32,000 bases of DNA from Mycolicibacterium smegmatis (GCF_001457595.1 NZ_LN831039.1:30001-62000); one strand, 5' to 3'. Numbered from the stretch's first letter, positions 19,176-29,851 are shown. The notes: a model not told the origin generated them from the sequence alone. Numbers and translations are program-made.

Positions 19176-19850
19176 ATGCAGGTTTTGGTGGTCGACAACT
19201 ATGACAGCTTCGTGTTCAACCTGGTCCAGTACCTGGGCCAGCTCGGTGTGCACGCGCAGGTCTGGCGCAACGACGACGCCCGGTTGGCCACCGAGGACGC
19301 GATAGCGCAGGCCGCCGCCGACTTCGACGGTGTGCTGCTCAGCCCCGGGCCGGGCACCCCCGAACGTGCGGGAGCCTCCATCGCGCTGGTGAAGGCGTGC
19401 GCCGCGGCGGGCACTCCCCTGCTGGGCGTGTGCCTGGGGCATCAGGCGATCGGCGTGGCGTTCGGCGGCACCGTCGACCGTGCGCCCGAACTGCTGCACG
19501 GCAAGACCAGCGTCGTGCACCACAACGACAGCGGCGTGCTCAAGGGTCTGCCGGATCCGTTCACCGCGACGCGGTACCACTCGCTGACGATCCTGCCCGA
19601 GACGCTGCCCGCCGCGCTCGAGGTCGTCGGCCAGACCGACAACGGCATCATCATGGCCGTCCGGCACACCGAGCTGCCGATCCATGGCGTGCAGTTCCAC
19701 CCCGAGTCGATCCTCACCCAGGGCGGACACCGCATGCTGGCCAACTGGCTCGGCTTCTGCGGCGCCGCACCGGACGAGACGCTCGTGCGCCGCCTCGAGG
19801 ACGAGGTCGCCCGCGCGGTCGCGGCCGCTACGCAGCGAAGCTCAGCGTGA
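19176..19850 (+). CDS. trpG: Class I glutamine amidotransferase subunit of anthranilate / aminodeoxychorismate synthase
   Basis: MQVLVVDNYDSFVFNLVQYLGQLG...GVLLSPGPGTP...LLGVCLGHQAIG (nucleophile Cys)...HGVQFHPESILT (His/Glu of the triad). Same position as Rv0013. Confidence 0.9.
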   Translation: MQVLVVDNYDSFVFNLVQYLGQLGVHAQVWRNDDARLATEDAIAQAAADFDGVLLSPGPGTPERAGASIALVKACAAAGTPLLGVCLGHQAIGVAFGGTVDRAPELLHGKTSVVHHNDSGVLKGLPDPFTATRYHSLTILPETLPAALEVVGQTDNGIIMAVRHTELPIHGVQFHPESILTQGGHRMLANWLGFCGAAPDETLVRRLEDEVARAVAAATQRSSA

Positions 19851-21705
19851 TCTTGGCGTCCTTGTTCACCGGCGTTCCCGCGGAAGGGCTCTGCGTCACC
19901 ACGGCGTTGGTGCGCTGACCGCTGTCGCGGACGTCGGGTCCCTTGTCGAGCACACCGGTCCAGCCCAGCGCGGTCAGCCGCGGATAGGCGTCCGACCAGA
20001 ACTGGCCGACCAGGTCGGGCATCACGAACTGGTTGCCCTTCGACACCCGTATCTGGATCACGGTGTCCTTGGGCACCGACTGGCCGTCGGCCGGTTCGGT
20101 ACCGACCACCTGACCGGCCGCGGCCGGGTTGTCGACCTCGACGACGACGGTGTTGGTGAAACCGCCCGCGGCCAGGATCGCCTTGCAGCTCTCGGCGTTC
20201 TGCCCGGCGCAACTGAGCACCGGTGCATCCTCCGGGCCCGCACCCACGACGATCGTGATCTCGTTGATGATCGCCGCGGTCTGGTTGGCCTGCGGGTTGG
20301 TCGCGAGCACCCGGCCCTTCTGCTCGGGCGTCGACGGGCTCGGCGACTCCCTGAACTTCTCGAACCCGGCGTCCTTGAGCTTCTGCCTGGCCTGCGTCGG
20401 GGTCAGGCCTGCCACGTCGGGCACAAGGGCCTGCTCGGGCCCCGTCGAGACGTTGATGGTGACCTGCTCCCCCGCGCCCAGCTCGGAACCCGCCTCGGGA
20501 TCGGTTCCGATCACCAGGCCGGGCGGCACCTCGTTGTCGGGCTGGCGGTCGATGACGGTCTTGAAGCCGCGGTTCTGCAGCGCGGCCTGCGCGTCGTCGG
20601 CGGACTGTTCGGCGACGTCGGGCACCTGGACGTTGCGCGGGTTGCCGCCGACCATGTTGATCGCGACCGTCACCACCACGGTCAGCACCGCGAGCACCGC
20701 GACCGCGATGAGCCAGCGCGCCACCGAGGTGCTGCGCTGCTTGCTGTACCCGGCCGGACGCGGCACGGGCATGTCCTGGGTGGCCGCGCCCGCGCGGTCG
20801 GCGGGCGGGGCGGCCAGCATCGACGTGCGCTCGGCGTCGGTGAGCACCTTGGGCGCGTCGGGCGCCTGGCCCTCGTGCACACGGATGAGGTCGGCGCGCA
20901 TCTCGGCGGCCGTCTGGTACCGGTTGTCGGGGTTCTTGGCCAGCGCCTTGAGCACCACGGCGTCCAGTTCGGGCGTGACGTCGGCATGGCGCCGCGACGG
21001 CGGCACCGGATCCTCCCGCACGTGCTGATAGGCGACCGCGACGGGCGAATCCCCGATGAACGGCGGTTCACCGGTGAGGATCTCGTAGAGCACGCAGCCC
21101 AGCGAGTACACGTCCGAGCGCGCATCGACGGTCTCACCGCGCGCCTGCTCGGGTGACAGGTACTGCGCGGTGCCGATCACCGCGGCGGTCTGCGTGACGC
21201 TGTTGCCGGTGTCGGCCAGCGCGCGGGCGATGCCGAAGTCCATCACCTTCACAGCGTTGTTCTTGCTGATCATGATGTTGGCCGGCTTGACATCGCGGTG
21301 GATGATGCCGTGCTGGTGGCTGAAGTTCAGCGCCTGGCACGCGTCGGCGATGATCTCGATCGCACGCCGCGGCGCGATCGGACCGTCGGTGTGGACGATG
21401 TCGCGCAGGGTCACACCGTCGACGTACTCCATGACGATGTACGGCAGCGGCCCGTTGGGTGTCTCGGCCTCGCCGGTGTCGTACACCGCGACGATCGCGG
21501 GGTGGTTCAGCGCCGCGGCGTTCTGTGCCTCGCGGCGGAACCGCAGGTAGAAGCTCGGGTCGCGCGCAAGGTCGGCGCGCAGCACTTTCACCGCGACATC
21601 GCGGTGAAGGCGCAGATCGCGCGCCAGGTGGACTTCGGACATGCCGCCGAAGCCGAGGATCTCACCGAGTTCGTATCGGTCGGAAAGGTGCTGAGGCGTG
21701 GTCAT
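19828..21705 (-). CDS. pknB: Transmembrane Ser/Thr protein kinase PknB with four extracellular PASTA domains
   Basis: 625 aa. Hanks kinase motifs are [27 protein letters not shown] and SPEQ. One TM helix ([19 protein letters not shown]) is followed by four repeats of about 65 aa ending ...AKITLSFAA. The start ATG overlaps the pknA stop (ATGA at 21702-21705). Confidence 0.97.
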   Translation of the reverse strand: MTTPQHLSDRYELGEILGFGGMSEVHLARDLRLHRDVAVKVLRADLARDPSFYLRFRREAQNAAALNHPAIVAVYDTGEAETPNGPLPYIVMEYVDGVTLRDIVHTDGPIAPRRAIEIIADACQALNFSHQHGIIHRDVKPANIMISKNNAVKVMDFGIARALADTGNSVTQTAAVIGTAQYLSPEQARGETVDARSDVYSLGCVLYEILTGEPPFIGDSPVAVAYQHVREDPVPPSRRHADVTPELDAVVLKALAKNPDNRYQTAAEMRADLIRVHEGQAPDAPKVLTDAERTSMLAAPPADRAGAATQDMPVPRPAGYSKQRSTSVARWLIAVAVLAVLTVVVTVAINMVGGNPRNVQVPDVAEQSADDAQAALQNRGFKTVIDRQPDNEVPPGLVIGTDPEAGSELGAGEQVTINVSTGPEQALVPDVAGLTPTQARQKLKDAGFEKFRESPSPSTPEQKGRVLATNPQANQTAAIINEITIVVGAGPEDAPVLSCAGQNAESCKAILAAGGFTNTVVVEVDNPAAAGQVVGTEPADGQSVPKDTVIQIRVSKGNQFVMPDLVGQFWSDAYPRLTALGWTGVLDKGPDVRDSGQRTNAVVTQSPSAGTPVNKDAKITLSFAA

Positions 21706-22961
21706 CGCTGTATCTGTTCGGATGGCGGCGGCTCGGGCTGAGCCGCACGCAACATGATCATGAGGTCAGGCATCGCCGCCGGGGTCTCCTCGTAGGGCGT
21801 CGTCTCGGTGACGGTGTCGGTGACCGTCGGCGGTGGCGACTGCTCGCGGTCCTTGCGGTCCTGCGCGTTGAGCACGATCAGGATCGCGATCACGATGGCC
21901 AACGCGCCGAGGACGCCAGCCGCCCACAATAGCGCCCGTTGCCCCGAGGAGAACGTGCGTCGAGGCGGCGGAGTCCGATGCGCGGCCGTCGCGGTGGGTC
22001 TCGCGCGTGCGGCGGTGACGGGCGCACGGCCCGTGAGATCGGCAGAGGCACGGGCCTGCGCGGCCGACGGCACCGCGGCCGGTGCGGCACGTCCCAGCGT
22101 CGGTGCCTGGTTGGGCCGCGGTGGCCTGCGACCCGCGCGCACCGCGGCGACCGCGTCGGCGAACGGGCCGCCCGACTTGTACCGCATGCCCGGGTTCTTC
22201 ACGAGCGTGATCTCGATCAGCTCGCGCACGTTCGGCGGCAGATCGGCCGGAAGCGGCGGCGGGGTCTCCTTGATGTGCTTCATTGCGACCGTCAGCGCAC
22301 CGTCGCCGGTGAACGGGCGCTTGCCCGAAACCGATTCGTAGCCAACGACGCCCAGCGAATACACGTCACTGGCGGCGGTCGCGTCATGGCCCAGGGCCTG
22401 CTCGGGCGCGATGTACTGCGCGGTGCCCATCACCATGCCGGTCTGGGTGACCGGCGCGGCGTCGACGGCCTTGGCGATGCCGAAGTCGGTGAGCTTCACC
22501 TGCCCCGTCGGGGTGATGAGGATGTTGCCGGGCTTGACGTCGCGGTGCACCAGGCCCGCGGTGTGCGCGACCTGCAGCGCACGGCCGGTCTGCTCCAGCA
22601 TGTCCAGCGCGTGCCGCAGCGACAGCCGGCCGGTGCGCTTGAGCACCGAGTTCAGCGGCTCACCGTTGATGAGCTCCATCACCAGGTACGCGGTGCGGCC
22701 CTCGCCGTCGAGTTCGGTCTCGCCGTAGTCGTACACGCTCGCGATGCCGGGATGGTTGAGCATCGCGACGGTGCGGGCCTCGGCCCGGAAGCGTTCGACG
22801 AACTCGGCGTCGGTGGAGAACTCGGCCTTGAGCACCTTGACGGCGACCCGGCGGCCCAGCCGCGAATCCACGGCCTCCCACACCTGGCCCATACCGCCCG
22901 TGGCGATCAGCCGCTGCAGCCGGTAACGACCGGACAGCGTGACTCCAACGCGCGGGCTCAT
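21702..22961 (-). CDS. pknA: Transmembrane Ser/Thr protein kinase PknA
   Basis: I chose the ATG at 22961 ([30 protein letters not shown]...), giving 419 aa. The 63-codon upstream extension in the track ORF is Arg/Pro-rich shadow sequence that runs into pbpA. Kinase motifs are [13 protein letters not shown] and DFGIAK, followed by a Pro/Ala-rich linker and a TM helix ([22 protein letters not shown]). Confidence 0.93.
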   Translation of the reverse strand: MSPRVGVTLSGRYRLQRLIATGGMGQVWEAVDSRLGRRVAVKVLKAEFSTDAEFVERFRAEARTVAMLNHPGIASVYDYGETELDGEGRTAYLVMELINGEPLNSVLKRTGRLSLRHALDMLEQTGRALQVAHTAGLVHRDVKPGNILITPTGQVKLTDFGIAKAVDAAPVTQTGMVMGTAQYIAPEQALGHDATAASDVYSLGVVGYESVSGKRPFTGDGALTVAMKHIKETPPPLPADLPPNVRELIEITLVKNPGMRYKSGGPFADAVAAVRAGRRPPRPNQAPTLGRAAPAAVPSAAQARASADLTGRAPVTAARARPTATAAHRTPPPRRTFSSGQRALLWAAGVLGALAIVIAILIVLNAQDRKDREQSPPPTVTDTVTETTPYEETPAAMPDLMIMLRAAQPEPPPSEQIQR

Positions 22962-22992
22962 TGCTTGCCCCGCTTCGCTCGCCTGCGCGGAC

Positions 22993-24468
22993 TCATGAAC
23001 CCTCCCGCAGCGCCGCCGCAATCGTGGCGCGTCCGATCGGGGCGGCGAGTGCGCCGCCGGTGGCCGACAACCGGTCCCCGCCATCCTCGACCAACACCGC
23101 GACCGCGACCTTGGGGTCTTGGGCCGGTGCGAAGGCGATGTACCAGGCATGCGGCGGGGTGTTACGGGGGTCCGTCCCGTGCTCTGCCGTACCGGTTTTC
23201 GAAGCGATCTGCACGCCGGCGATGGCTCCCTTCTGCTGAGTCACCTGCTCGGCGGCGACCATCAAGTCAGTTAGTGTAGCCGCGACCTGGGGTGACACTG
23301 CTCGGCGCTCTTGCTCCGGAGTGGTGGTGCTGATAGTAGCCAGGTCGGGCCCCTTGAGGCTCTCGACGAGGTAGGGGCGCATGGCTATGCCGTCGTTCGC
23401 GATTGTTGCGGCCACCTGTGCGTTTTGCAACGGGGTCAGGGCGACGTCACGCTGACCGATGCTCGACATGCCCAGCGCGGCGGCGTCGACGATCGGTCCC
23501 GTGGTGGACTCCGCCACCTGCAGCGGGATGGCGGGCGGCGGCGTGTCGAGGCCGAACGCCTGGGCCATCGCCTTGAGCTTGTCGGTGCCGGTGCTGAGAC
23601 CGAGTTCGACGAACGCGGTGTTGCAGGACTTCGCGAACGCCTCCTGCAGCGACACGGTGGGTCCCGGTCCGCAGGGCGCCCCACCGAAGTTCTCCAGCGT
23701 CGCGGTGCTGTCGGGCAGCGGGGTGCGCGGCGCCGACGTGAGCTGGGTCTGCGGACGTGCCCCGGCCTGCAGCGCGGCAGCCGTGGTGATGACCTTGAAC
23801 GTCGAACCCGGGGGATAGGTCTCCGAGATCGCACGGTTGAGCAGCGGGGACTGCGGATCGTCGCGCAGCTTCTCCCACGCGTCGGCCTGCGCCGCGAGAT
23901 CGTGGGTGGCCAGCAGGTTCGGGTCGTACGACGGGGCCGACACCATCGCCAGGATCTTGCCGGTCGACGGTTCGAGCGCCACCACAGAACCGCGGCACGG
24001 GCCGTCGCAGCCGTTCTGCATCGCGTCCCACGCGGCCTGCTGTACCTGCGGCTTGATCGTGGTGTCCACGTTGCCGCCGCGCGGGTCGCGGCCGGTGAAG
24101 AAGTCCGCGAGGCGACGGCCGAACAGGCGCTCGTCGGAGCCGTTGAGCACGGCGTCCTCGGCACGCTCCAGGCCGGTGCTGGAGTAGCCCAGCGAATAGA
24201 ACCCGGTGACCGGGGCGTAGGCCTGCGGGTTGGGATACACGCGCAGGTAGCGGAACCGGCCGTCGGTGGACACCGAGTACGCGAGCAGTTGTCCGCCCGC
24301 GGTGATCTGGCCGCGCTGGCGCGAGTACTCGTCGAGCAGCACGCGCTGGTTGCGCGGATCGGCGCGCAGACCGTCGGCGGCGAAGACCTGGGTCACGGTG
24401 GCGTTGGCCAGAAGCAGCACGATCAACACCATGATCGCGACGGCCACCCGGCGCAGTGAGGTGTTCAT
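22993..24468 (-). CDS. pbpA: Class B penicillin-binding protein / transpeptidase PbpA
   Basis: I chose the ATG at 24468 ([23 protein letters not shown]...), giving 491 aa. Transpeptidase motifs are STFK ([15 protein letters not shown]), SCN (KSCNTAF) and KTGT (ASKTGTAE). The start overlaps the rodA stop (ATGA). Confidence 0.93.
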   Translation of the reverse strand: MNTSLRRVAVAIMVLIVLLLANATVTQVFAADGLRADPRNQRVLLDEYSRQRGQITAGGQLLAYSVSTDGRFRYLRVYPNPQAYAPVTGFYSLGYSSTGLERAEDAVLNGSDERLFGRRLADFFTGRDPRGGNVDTTIKPQVQQAAWDAMQNGCDGPCRGSVVALEPSTGKILAMVSAPSYDPNLLATHDLAAQADAWEKLRDDPQSPLLNRAISETYPPGSTFKVITTAAALQAGARPQTQLTSAPRTPLPDSTATLENFGGAPCGPGPTVSLQEAFAKSCNTAFVELGLSTGTDKLKAMAQAFGLDTPPPAIPLQVAESTTGPIVDAAALGMSSIGQRDVALTPLQNAQVAATIANDGIAMRPYLVESLKGPDLATISTTTPEQERRAVSPQVAATLTDLMVAAEQVTQQKGAIAGVQIASKTGTAEHGTDPRNTPPHAWYIAFAPAQDPKVAVAVLVEDGGDRLSATGGALAAPIGRATIAAALREGS

Positions 24469-25880
24469 ACCTTTTCGATCACCTCGGTACTGGCCGCGGC
24501 GATCGGCGTCGCGTTCGGCGGCCGGGACGTGGTGATGGGCCTGCGGGCCGCGTGCGAGATCACGACGAGGATCGCGAGCAGCACGTAGTTCGCCAGCAGC
24601 GACGACCCGCCGTAGGACATCCACGGCGTGGTGAGGCCGGTCAGCGGGATCAGCCGCGTCACACCGCCGACGACGATGAACAACTGGATCGCCAGTGTCG
24701 ACGCCAGACCCGCCGCGAGCAGTTTGCCGAAGCTGTCGCGCACCGCGATCGCCGTGCGCAGGCCGCGGATGATGAGGATGGTGTAGAGCATGAGAACGCC
24801 TGCCAGACCGACCAATCCGAGTTCCTCACCGATCGCGGCGGTGATGAAGTCGGTGGCGGCGGCAGGGACGGTGCCGGGCTGTCCGTTGCCCAGGCCGGTG
24901 CCGAAGATGCCGCCCGTGGCGAAGCTGAACAACGACTGCACCATCTGGTAGCCGGCGCCCTCGGGGTCGGCGAACGGGTCCAGCCACGTCTGCACCCGCA
25001 CCTGCACGTGGCCGAAAATGTTGTAGGCCACCACACTTCCCGCCGCGAACAGCGCCAGGCCGATGACCACCCAGCTGATCCGTTCGGTGGCGACGTAGAG
25101 CAGCACCAGAAACGACGCGTACAGCAGAAGTGAAGTGCCGAGGTCTTTTTCGAAGATCATGATGCCCACCGACGCGGCCCAGGCCACCAGCAGCGGCGCG
25201 AGGTCGCGGGGGCGGGGCAGATCGACGCCAAGGACGTGCTTGCCCGCGCTGGTGAACAGGCTGCGCTTGGACACCAGCACCGCGGAGAAGAAAATGAGCA
25301 GCAAAATCTTGGAGAACTCGGCGGGCTGAATCGAGAAGCCCGGGAACTGAATCCAGATCTTGGCGCCGTACTGCTCGGAGTACTTGGCCGGCAGCAGCGC
25401 CGGAATGACAAGCAGCACAAGGCCGGTCAGACCGAAGACGTAGCCGTAGCGCGACAGCATGCGGTGGTCCTTCAAGAACACCACCACGAGCGCGAACGCC
25501 ACCACACCGACCAGCGTCCACAGCATCTGCTGGTTGGCGCTGCCGCCGAGGCCGTCGGCGGTCAGCTCACCCTCGGCAAGGTCGAGCCGGTGGATCATCA
25601 CCAGCCCAAGCCCGTTGAGCACGGCGACGACCGGCAGCAGCAGCGGATCGGCGTATGGCGCGAACCGCCGGACCGCGAGGTGCGCGGCGCCGAACAGGGC
25701 CAGGTAGCCGACCATGTAGCGGGCCAGGTCCCAGGTCACGCCCTGCTCCTGGTTGGCCTCGACGATCAACAGGGCCACGGTGGTGATCAGCGCCGCGAAC
25801 CCCAGCAGCAGCAGTTCCGCGTTGCGCCGGTTCGGGAGCGGCGGCGTGACGGTAACCGGCGACTGGGGTTGCGTCGTCAT
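24465..25880 (-). CDS. rodA: SEDS-family peptidoglycan glycosyltransferase RodA/FtsW-like
   Basis: I chose the ATG at 25880 (MTTQPQSPVTVTPPLPNRRNAELLLLGFAAL...), giving 471 aa. It is polytopic, with FSIQPAEFSKILLLIFF and DFITAAIGEELGLVG typical of SEDS proteins. The 157-codon upstream extension in the track overlaps pstP and is rejected. The start overlaps the pstP stop (ATGA). Confidence 0.93.
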   Translation of the reverse strand: MTTQPQSPVTVTPPLPNRRNAELLLLGFAALITTVALLIVEANQEQGVTWDLARYMVGYLALFGAAHLAVRRFAPYADPLLLPVVAVLNGLGLVMIHRLDLAEGELTADGLGGSANQQMLWTLVGVVAFALVVVFLKDHRMLSRYGYVFGLTGLVLLVIPALLPAKYSEQYGAKIWIQFPGFSIQPAEFSKILLLIFFSAVLVSKRSLFTSAGKHVLGVDLPRPRDLAPLLVAWAASVGIMIFEKDLGTSLLLYASFLVLLYVATERISWVVIGLALFAAGSVVAYNIFGHVQVRVQTWLDPFADPEGAGYQMVQSLFSFATGGIFGTGLGNGQPGTVPAAATDFITAAIGEELGLVGLAGVLMLYTILIIRGLRTAIAVRDSFGKLLAAGLASTLAIQLFIVVGGVTRLIPLTGLTTPWMSYGGSSLLANYVLLAILVVISHAARRPITTSRPPNATPIAAASTEVIEKV

Positions 25881-27415
25881 GACACCGCCCGGCAGTTCGT
25901 CCCCGGTTGCGGCGGCGGGGGAGGCAGTGCGGTCACGGTCGGAGACGGTGTCGGCGACGGCGATGCCGGTGGCGGCGGATTCGGCGACCCGGGCGCTCCC
26001 GACGGCGCAGGCGCGGCCGTCGTGGTGGGGCTCGGGCTCGGTGGGACCGGGGATTCGCCCGCACCGCGGCCGCTGGCGCCCGGCGCCGGTGACGACGGCG
26101 GGGCCGGCGGGGGAGCAGGCGCCCGGGTGGTCGTCGTGGGCCGCGGCGGGGCGCACACCGGAAGCAGCGAGCTGCGCGCCAGTTCGCCGATCTGTGCGAA
26201 CGCCTCGTCGAGGGTGCCACCGGGCAGGCCCGCGACCACCTGGGCGCGTTCGGACGGGCGCATGTCGTTGACGGCCATGAGGCGGCAGCCGAGGTTGTCG
26301 CGGTTCTCGTTGGCGCCGATCAGCGACAGTTCGTTGCGCGCGTTGAGGCAACCCAGCCGGTACGGCTCCTGCAGCGAGATGCCCAGGAAGGAGCCTTGCA
26401 CGCCGCGCATGATCGACACCGTGCCGTCGTGCTCGGCGACGTAGTAGTTGTTGCGCAGGATCTCGCGGCCGATCGCCAGGCCCGCCACCACGACCAGCAC
26501 CACCAGCACCGCCGCGATGATCATGCGGCGGCGTGAGCGCGGCTTGCGGGCCGGCTCGGCGGGCTGGGGGATGACGCGCTTGGGCTCGTTGCGGCGCGGG
26601 TTGAACGCCGAGGCGCGGCCCGCGGCAGTGTCCGGCGGTGCGGTCTGGTCGTCGTCACCGGAGACCGCGCCGGCCAGGATCGGCTGGGTCTGGCCGTAGT
26701 CGTAGTCGACGACGTCGGCGACGACCACCGTGACGTTGTCGGGACCGCCCCCGCGCAACGCCAATTCGATGAGCCGGTCGGCGCTTTCGGCGACATCCTC
26801 GATCTGCAGGGCTTCCTTGATGGTCTCCTGGCTGACCGGGTCCGACAGGCCGTCCGAGCACAGCAGGTAGCGGTCGCCGGCCTTGGCCTCGCGCATGATC
26901 AGCGTCGGCTCGACCTCGTGGCCGGTGAGCGCGCGCATGATCAGCGAGCGCTGCGGGTGGCTGTGGGCCTCCTCGGCTGTGATGCGGCCCTCGTCGACGA
27001 GGGTCTGTACGAACGTGTCGTCCTTGGTGATCTGTGTCAGCTCACCGTCGCGCAGCAGATAGCCGCGGGAGTCGCCGATGTGCACCAGGCCCAGGCGGTT
27101 GCCCGCGAACAGGATCGCGGTGAGTGTGGTACCCATGCCGTCGAGTTCGGGATCGGCCTCGACATGCGCGGCGATCGCGGCGTTGCCCTCGGCCACCGCC
27201 TGGTGCAGCTTGCTCAGCAGGTCGCCGCCGGGCTCGTCGTCGTCGAGATGCGCGAGCGCGGCGATCACCAGTTGCGACGCGACCTCACCTGCGGCGTGTC
27301 CGCCCATGCCGTCGGCGAGCGCCAACAGTCGGGCACCCGCGTACACCGAGTCCTCATTGTTGGCGCGGACCAGACCGCGGTCGCTGCGGGCCGCGTAGCG
27401 GAGAACGAGGGTCAT
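25877..27415 (-). CDS. pstP: PP2C-family Ser/Thr phosphatase PstP, membrane anchored with a Pro-rich extracellular tail
   Basis: 512 aa. MTLVLRYAARSDRGLVRANNEDS...LADGMGGHAAGEVAS...LLCSDGLS...GGPDNVTVVVADV are PP2C metal-binding motifs. A TM helix (MIIAAVLVVLVVVAGLAI) is followed by an extracellular domain ending in a Pro/Ser/Thr/Ala-rich tail of about 90 aa. Confidence 0.95.
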   Translation of the reverse strand: MTLVLRYAARSDRGLVRANNEDSVYAGARLLALADGMGGHAAGEVASQLVIAALAHLDDDEPGGDLLSKLHQAVAEGNAAIAAHVEADPELDGMGTTLTAILFAGNRLGLVHIGDSRGYLLRDGELTQITKDDTFVQTLVDEGRITAEEAHSHPQRSLIMRALTGHEVEPTLIMREAKAGDRYLLCSDGLSDPVSQETIKEALQIEDVAESADRLIELALRGGGPDNVTVVVADVVDYDYGQTQPILAGAVSGDDDQTAPPDTAAGRASAFNPRRNEPKRVIPQPAEPARKPRSRRRMIIAAVLVVLVVVAGLAIGREILRNNYYVAEHDGTVSIMRGVQGSFLGISLQEPYRLGCLNARNELSLIGANENRDNLGCRLMAVNDMRPSERAQVVAGLPGGTLDEAFAQIGELARSSLLPVCAPPRPTTTTRAPAPPPAPPSSPAPGASGRGAGESPVPPSPSPTTTAAPAPSGAPGSPNPPPPASPSPTPSPTVTALPPPPPQPGTNCRAVS

Positions 27416-27437
27416 TCTGCTCCTCGCGTGCGCGGGC

Positions 27438-27905
27438 TCACGGGCGCAGCTCGATTACCGTCTTGCCGATCCGCACCGGCGCGCCAATGGGAACCTTTAC
27501 TGCTGTTGTCACCTTCGCCCTGTCAAGGTAAGTGCCGTTGGTCGATCCTAGGTCCTCGACGTACCACTCAGAACCTCGTGGCGACAGTCTGGCGTGGCGC
27601 GTCGACGCATAGTCGTCGGTGAGCACCAGCGTCGAGTCGTCGGCCCGGCCGATCAGCACCGGCTGGTTGCCCAGCGTGATGCGGGTGCCGGCCAGTGCGC
27701 CCTCGGTGACCACGAGCTGCCGCGCCACATGACGCCGCTGCCGGTTGGGCAGCAGCGAGCCGCGAAGGGCCAGCCCACGTCTCACCATCACCGCGCCCGT
27801 GGGGGCATAGATATCGGTGCGCAGGATGCGCAGCACCGACCAGATGAACAGCCATAGCAACAACAGGAAGCCGACGCGCGTCAGCTGCAGCACTAACCCC
27901 TGCAT
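27438..27905 (-). CDS. fhaB: FHA-domain protein FhaB/FipA (membrane-anchored)
   Basis: 155 aa. An N-terminal TM helix (LTRVGFLLLLWLFIWSVL) is followed by an FHA domain (..PVLIGRADDSTLVLTDDYASTRHARL...WYVEDLGSTNGTYL). Near-identical to my memory of Rv0019c. Confidence 0.93.
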   Translation of the reverse strand: MQGLVLQLTRVGFLLLLWLFIWSVLRILRTDIYAPTGAVMVRRGLALRGSLLPNRQRRHVARQLVVTEGALAGTRITLGNQPVLIGRADDSTLVLTDDYASTRHARLSPRGSEWYVEDLGSTNGTYLDRAKVTTAVKVPIGAPVRIGKTVIELRP

Positions 27906-28040
27906 CTGGCGTCCTCCCCGTGACAGTCCCGTCGGTATCGGTCAGCGGCGACCGTAGGCAACGTCACGATACTTGGACGCCGATGGGCATGCGGGTGAAG
28001 CGGGCTGCTTGTCACCCCGATGTGTCCGGTCTCGCGGCGC

Positions 28041-29489
28041 TCAGTGCACGCGCACGATGATCTCGGAGTGGCCCAGCCGGATGACGTCGCCGTCCGCCAG
28101 CTGCCACTCCTGGACCGGTGCGTTGTTCACCGTGGTGCCGTTGGTGGAGTTCAGATCGGAGAGCAACGCCACCTGGCCGTCCCAGCGGATCTCCAGGTGA
28201 CGACGCGACACGCCGGTGTCGGGCAGCCGGAACTGTGCGTCCTGGCCACGGCCGATCACGTTGGCGCCCTCGCGCAGCTGGTAGGTGCGGCCGCTGCCGT
28301 CGTCGAGCTGCAGCGTCACCGTCGTGCCACCGGCCGGATAGTCGGCGCCGTAGCCGCCGCCGTATCCGCCCTGGCCGGCAGGGGCGCCGTAGTCGCCGCC
28401 GCCGTACTCGTAGTCACGACCGGCGGGCTCGCCGTATCCACCCTGCTCGGGGTAACCGCCCTGCTCCGGGTAGCCGCGGCCGGGCTGCTGACCGTAATCG
28501 GGCTGGCCGTAGTCCGGACGGCCGTAGGCCTGGCCGCCGTAGCCGCCCTGTTCGGGGTAGCCACCCTGCTCGGGATAGCCCTGGCGCGGATCCGGACGGC
28601 CGTAGTCGTCGTGGCGCGGGGCCTGCCTGCCGTAGTCGTAATCGGCACCGCCGTAACCGGGCTGGCCGCCGGGAGGCGGTCCGGCCGGGGGACCTGCGGG
28701 CGGGTAGCCGCCGGCGGGCTGGCCGTACCCACGGTCGTAGCCGCCGCCCTGAGGCGGCGGGCCGTAACCCGCGGGCGGGCGCTGCTCATAGGACTGCGGC
28801 GGGTAGCCGCCCTGGTCCGGGTAACCACCCTGGTCGGGGTAACCACCCTGATCGGGGTAGCCGCCCTGGTCGGGATAACCGCCGCCGCGGGGCGGGTAGC
28901 CGCCCTGATCCTGCGGGGGATAGCCACCCTGCTCCGGCGGGTACTGCCCGCCACGCGGATCGTCCTGGCGTCCGTAGCGCTCGTCGTAGTACTCGTCGCC
29001 GGGCCGCGCGGGTCCCTGGCCGCCTCGGTAATTCGGGTTATCGGTCATAGGTGGTTCTCCTGATTCTGCGGTGAACGCATGGTCCCGTGGAGCTCGCGCG
29101 GATTCGCCAGCGGTCGAATCGGGGTTGACCGCGCCACGCGCGCGGAATTGTCCAGTGTGCAAATTCGGTGATTGCTCGAATCTGACGACCACCTCACCAT
29201 ACGTTTGCCAACCCTGATCATGGATGTATCCCTTCAGATGCTTGGCGAACGTGGTCGAGGTCAGGTCAGTATCGGCCCTTACCTTCTGATAGTCAGTTCC
29301 ACTGAGGGTAATTACGTAGTCGTTCGGTGCCAAAACTTGGCCACCTGCCACGGTGCGTGCGCGGGTCTCGGCTTCCCGCCGCAGCGCCACCTCGACTTCC
29401 TGCGGCACGATCGACCCGCCGAAGACCCGCGCGAAGGCGTCTCCGACCGTGGACTCGAGCTTGCGTTCGATGCGGTCTACCAGACCCAT
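28041..29489 (-). CDS. fhaA: FHA-domain protein FhaA (N-terminal DUF3662-type domain, long disordered linker, C-terminal FHA)
   Basis: I chose the ATG at 29489 ([33 protein letters not shown]...), giving 482 aa. The central ~230 aa are Gly/Tyr/Pro/Gln-rich. The C-terminus [49 protein letters not shown]...STNGTTVN is a canonical FHA domain. Confidence 0.92.
   Translation of the reverse strand: MGLVDRIERKLESTVGDAFARVFGGSIVPQEVEVALRREAETRARTVAGGQVLAPNDYVITLSGTDYQKVRADTDLTSTTFAKHLKGYIHDQGWQTYGEVVVRFEQSPNLHTGQFRARGAVNPDSTAGESARAPRDHAFTAESGEPPMTDNPNYRGGQGPARPGDEYYDERYGRQDDPRGGQYPPEQGGYPPQDQGGYPPRGGGYPDQGGYPDQGGYPDQGGYPDQGGYPPQSYEQRPPAGYGPPPQGGGYDRGYGQPAGGYPPAGPPAGPPPGGQPGYGGADYDYGRQAPRHDDYGRPDPRQGYPEQGGYPEQGGYGGQAYGRPDYGQPDYGQQPGRGYPEQGGYPEQGGYGEPAGRDYEYGGGDYGAPAGQGGYGGGYGADYPAGGTTVTLQLDDGSGRTYQLREGANVIGRGQDAQFRLPDTGVSRRHLEIRWDGQVALLSDLNSTNGTTVNNAPVQEWQLADGDVIRLGHSEIIVRVH
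28794..28883 (-). repeat. Five tandem 18-bp coding repeats (GGYP[P/D]Q hexapeptide units) inside the fhaA linker
   Basis: Plus-strand units: ctgcggcgggtagccgcc / ctggtccgggtaaccacc / ctggtcggggtaaccacc / ctgatcggggtagccgcc / ctggtcgggataaccgcc, at 28794, 28812, 28830, 28848 and 28866. They encode ...[30 protein letters not shown]... on the minus strand. Confidence 0.85.
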
Positions 29490-29735
29490 GACACCGCCCG
29501 CCTTCACTCGTCGTCGTTCGTTCGTGGCTTCACCACGGCAGCCTCCAACCACCGCGTGTCGCTCTGGCCACACTCTTAACAAGCATGGTATCGGCCGGAA
29601 CTACCTGTGCGGGAGCAACAGAACTCTGAGAATCAGATCGCCGCTGGTCAGTGACATGATCTTGATGACGCCAACTGTTCGGCCGCGAGGTCCACCCGCG
29701 CCTGAGCGGCCGGTTTGGGATCGGGCCGAGCACAG

Positions 29736-29744
29736 TGATACGCT
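29736..29744 (+). promoter_or_regulatory. Extended -10 element (TGaTACGCT) upstream of tRNA-Leu
   Basis: tgatacgct fits TGnTAnnnT and ends 14 nt before the first tRNA nucleotide. I saw no convincing -35, which is usual for mycobacterial SigA promoters. Confidence 0.3.
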
Positions 29745-29758
29745 GCCTCGGTCATTCA

Positions 29759-29841
29759 GGGCGAGTGGCGGAATGGCAGACGCGCTGGCTTCAGGTGCCA
29801 GTGTCCTTCGGGACGTGGGGGTTCAAGTCCCCCTTCGCCCA
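29759..29841 (+). tRNA. leuT: tRNA-Leu (anticodon CAG), long variable arm, CCA not encoded
   Basis: Hand fold. Acceptor GGGCGAG / TTCGCCC has 6 Watson-Crick pairs plus one G-U. Anticodon stem is CTGGC/GCCAG with loop TTCAGGT, anticodon CAG at 29892-29894. Variable arm is GTCC-TTCG-GGAC. T arm is GGGGG-TTCAAGT-CCCCC. Discriminator A is at 29841. Confidence 0.95.
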
Positions 29842-29851
29842 CAGCAGCCAG

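Noticed and set aside
25877-26200. Pro/Ser/Thr-rich C-terminal tail of PstP as a separate feature or a frameshifted gene
   Set aside because: It is continuous in frame with the PP2C/TM/extracellular domain and ends at the ATGA junction with rodA. Low-complexity extracellular tails are normal for this family.
28420-28900. Short regularly spaced repeats as a possible CRISPR array
   Set aside because: The units are 18 bp, contiguous with no spacers, in frame, and lie inside the fhaA coding sequence, where they encode GGYP(D/E)Q. No cas genes are present.
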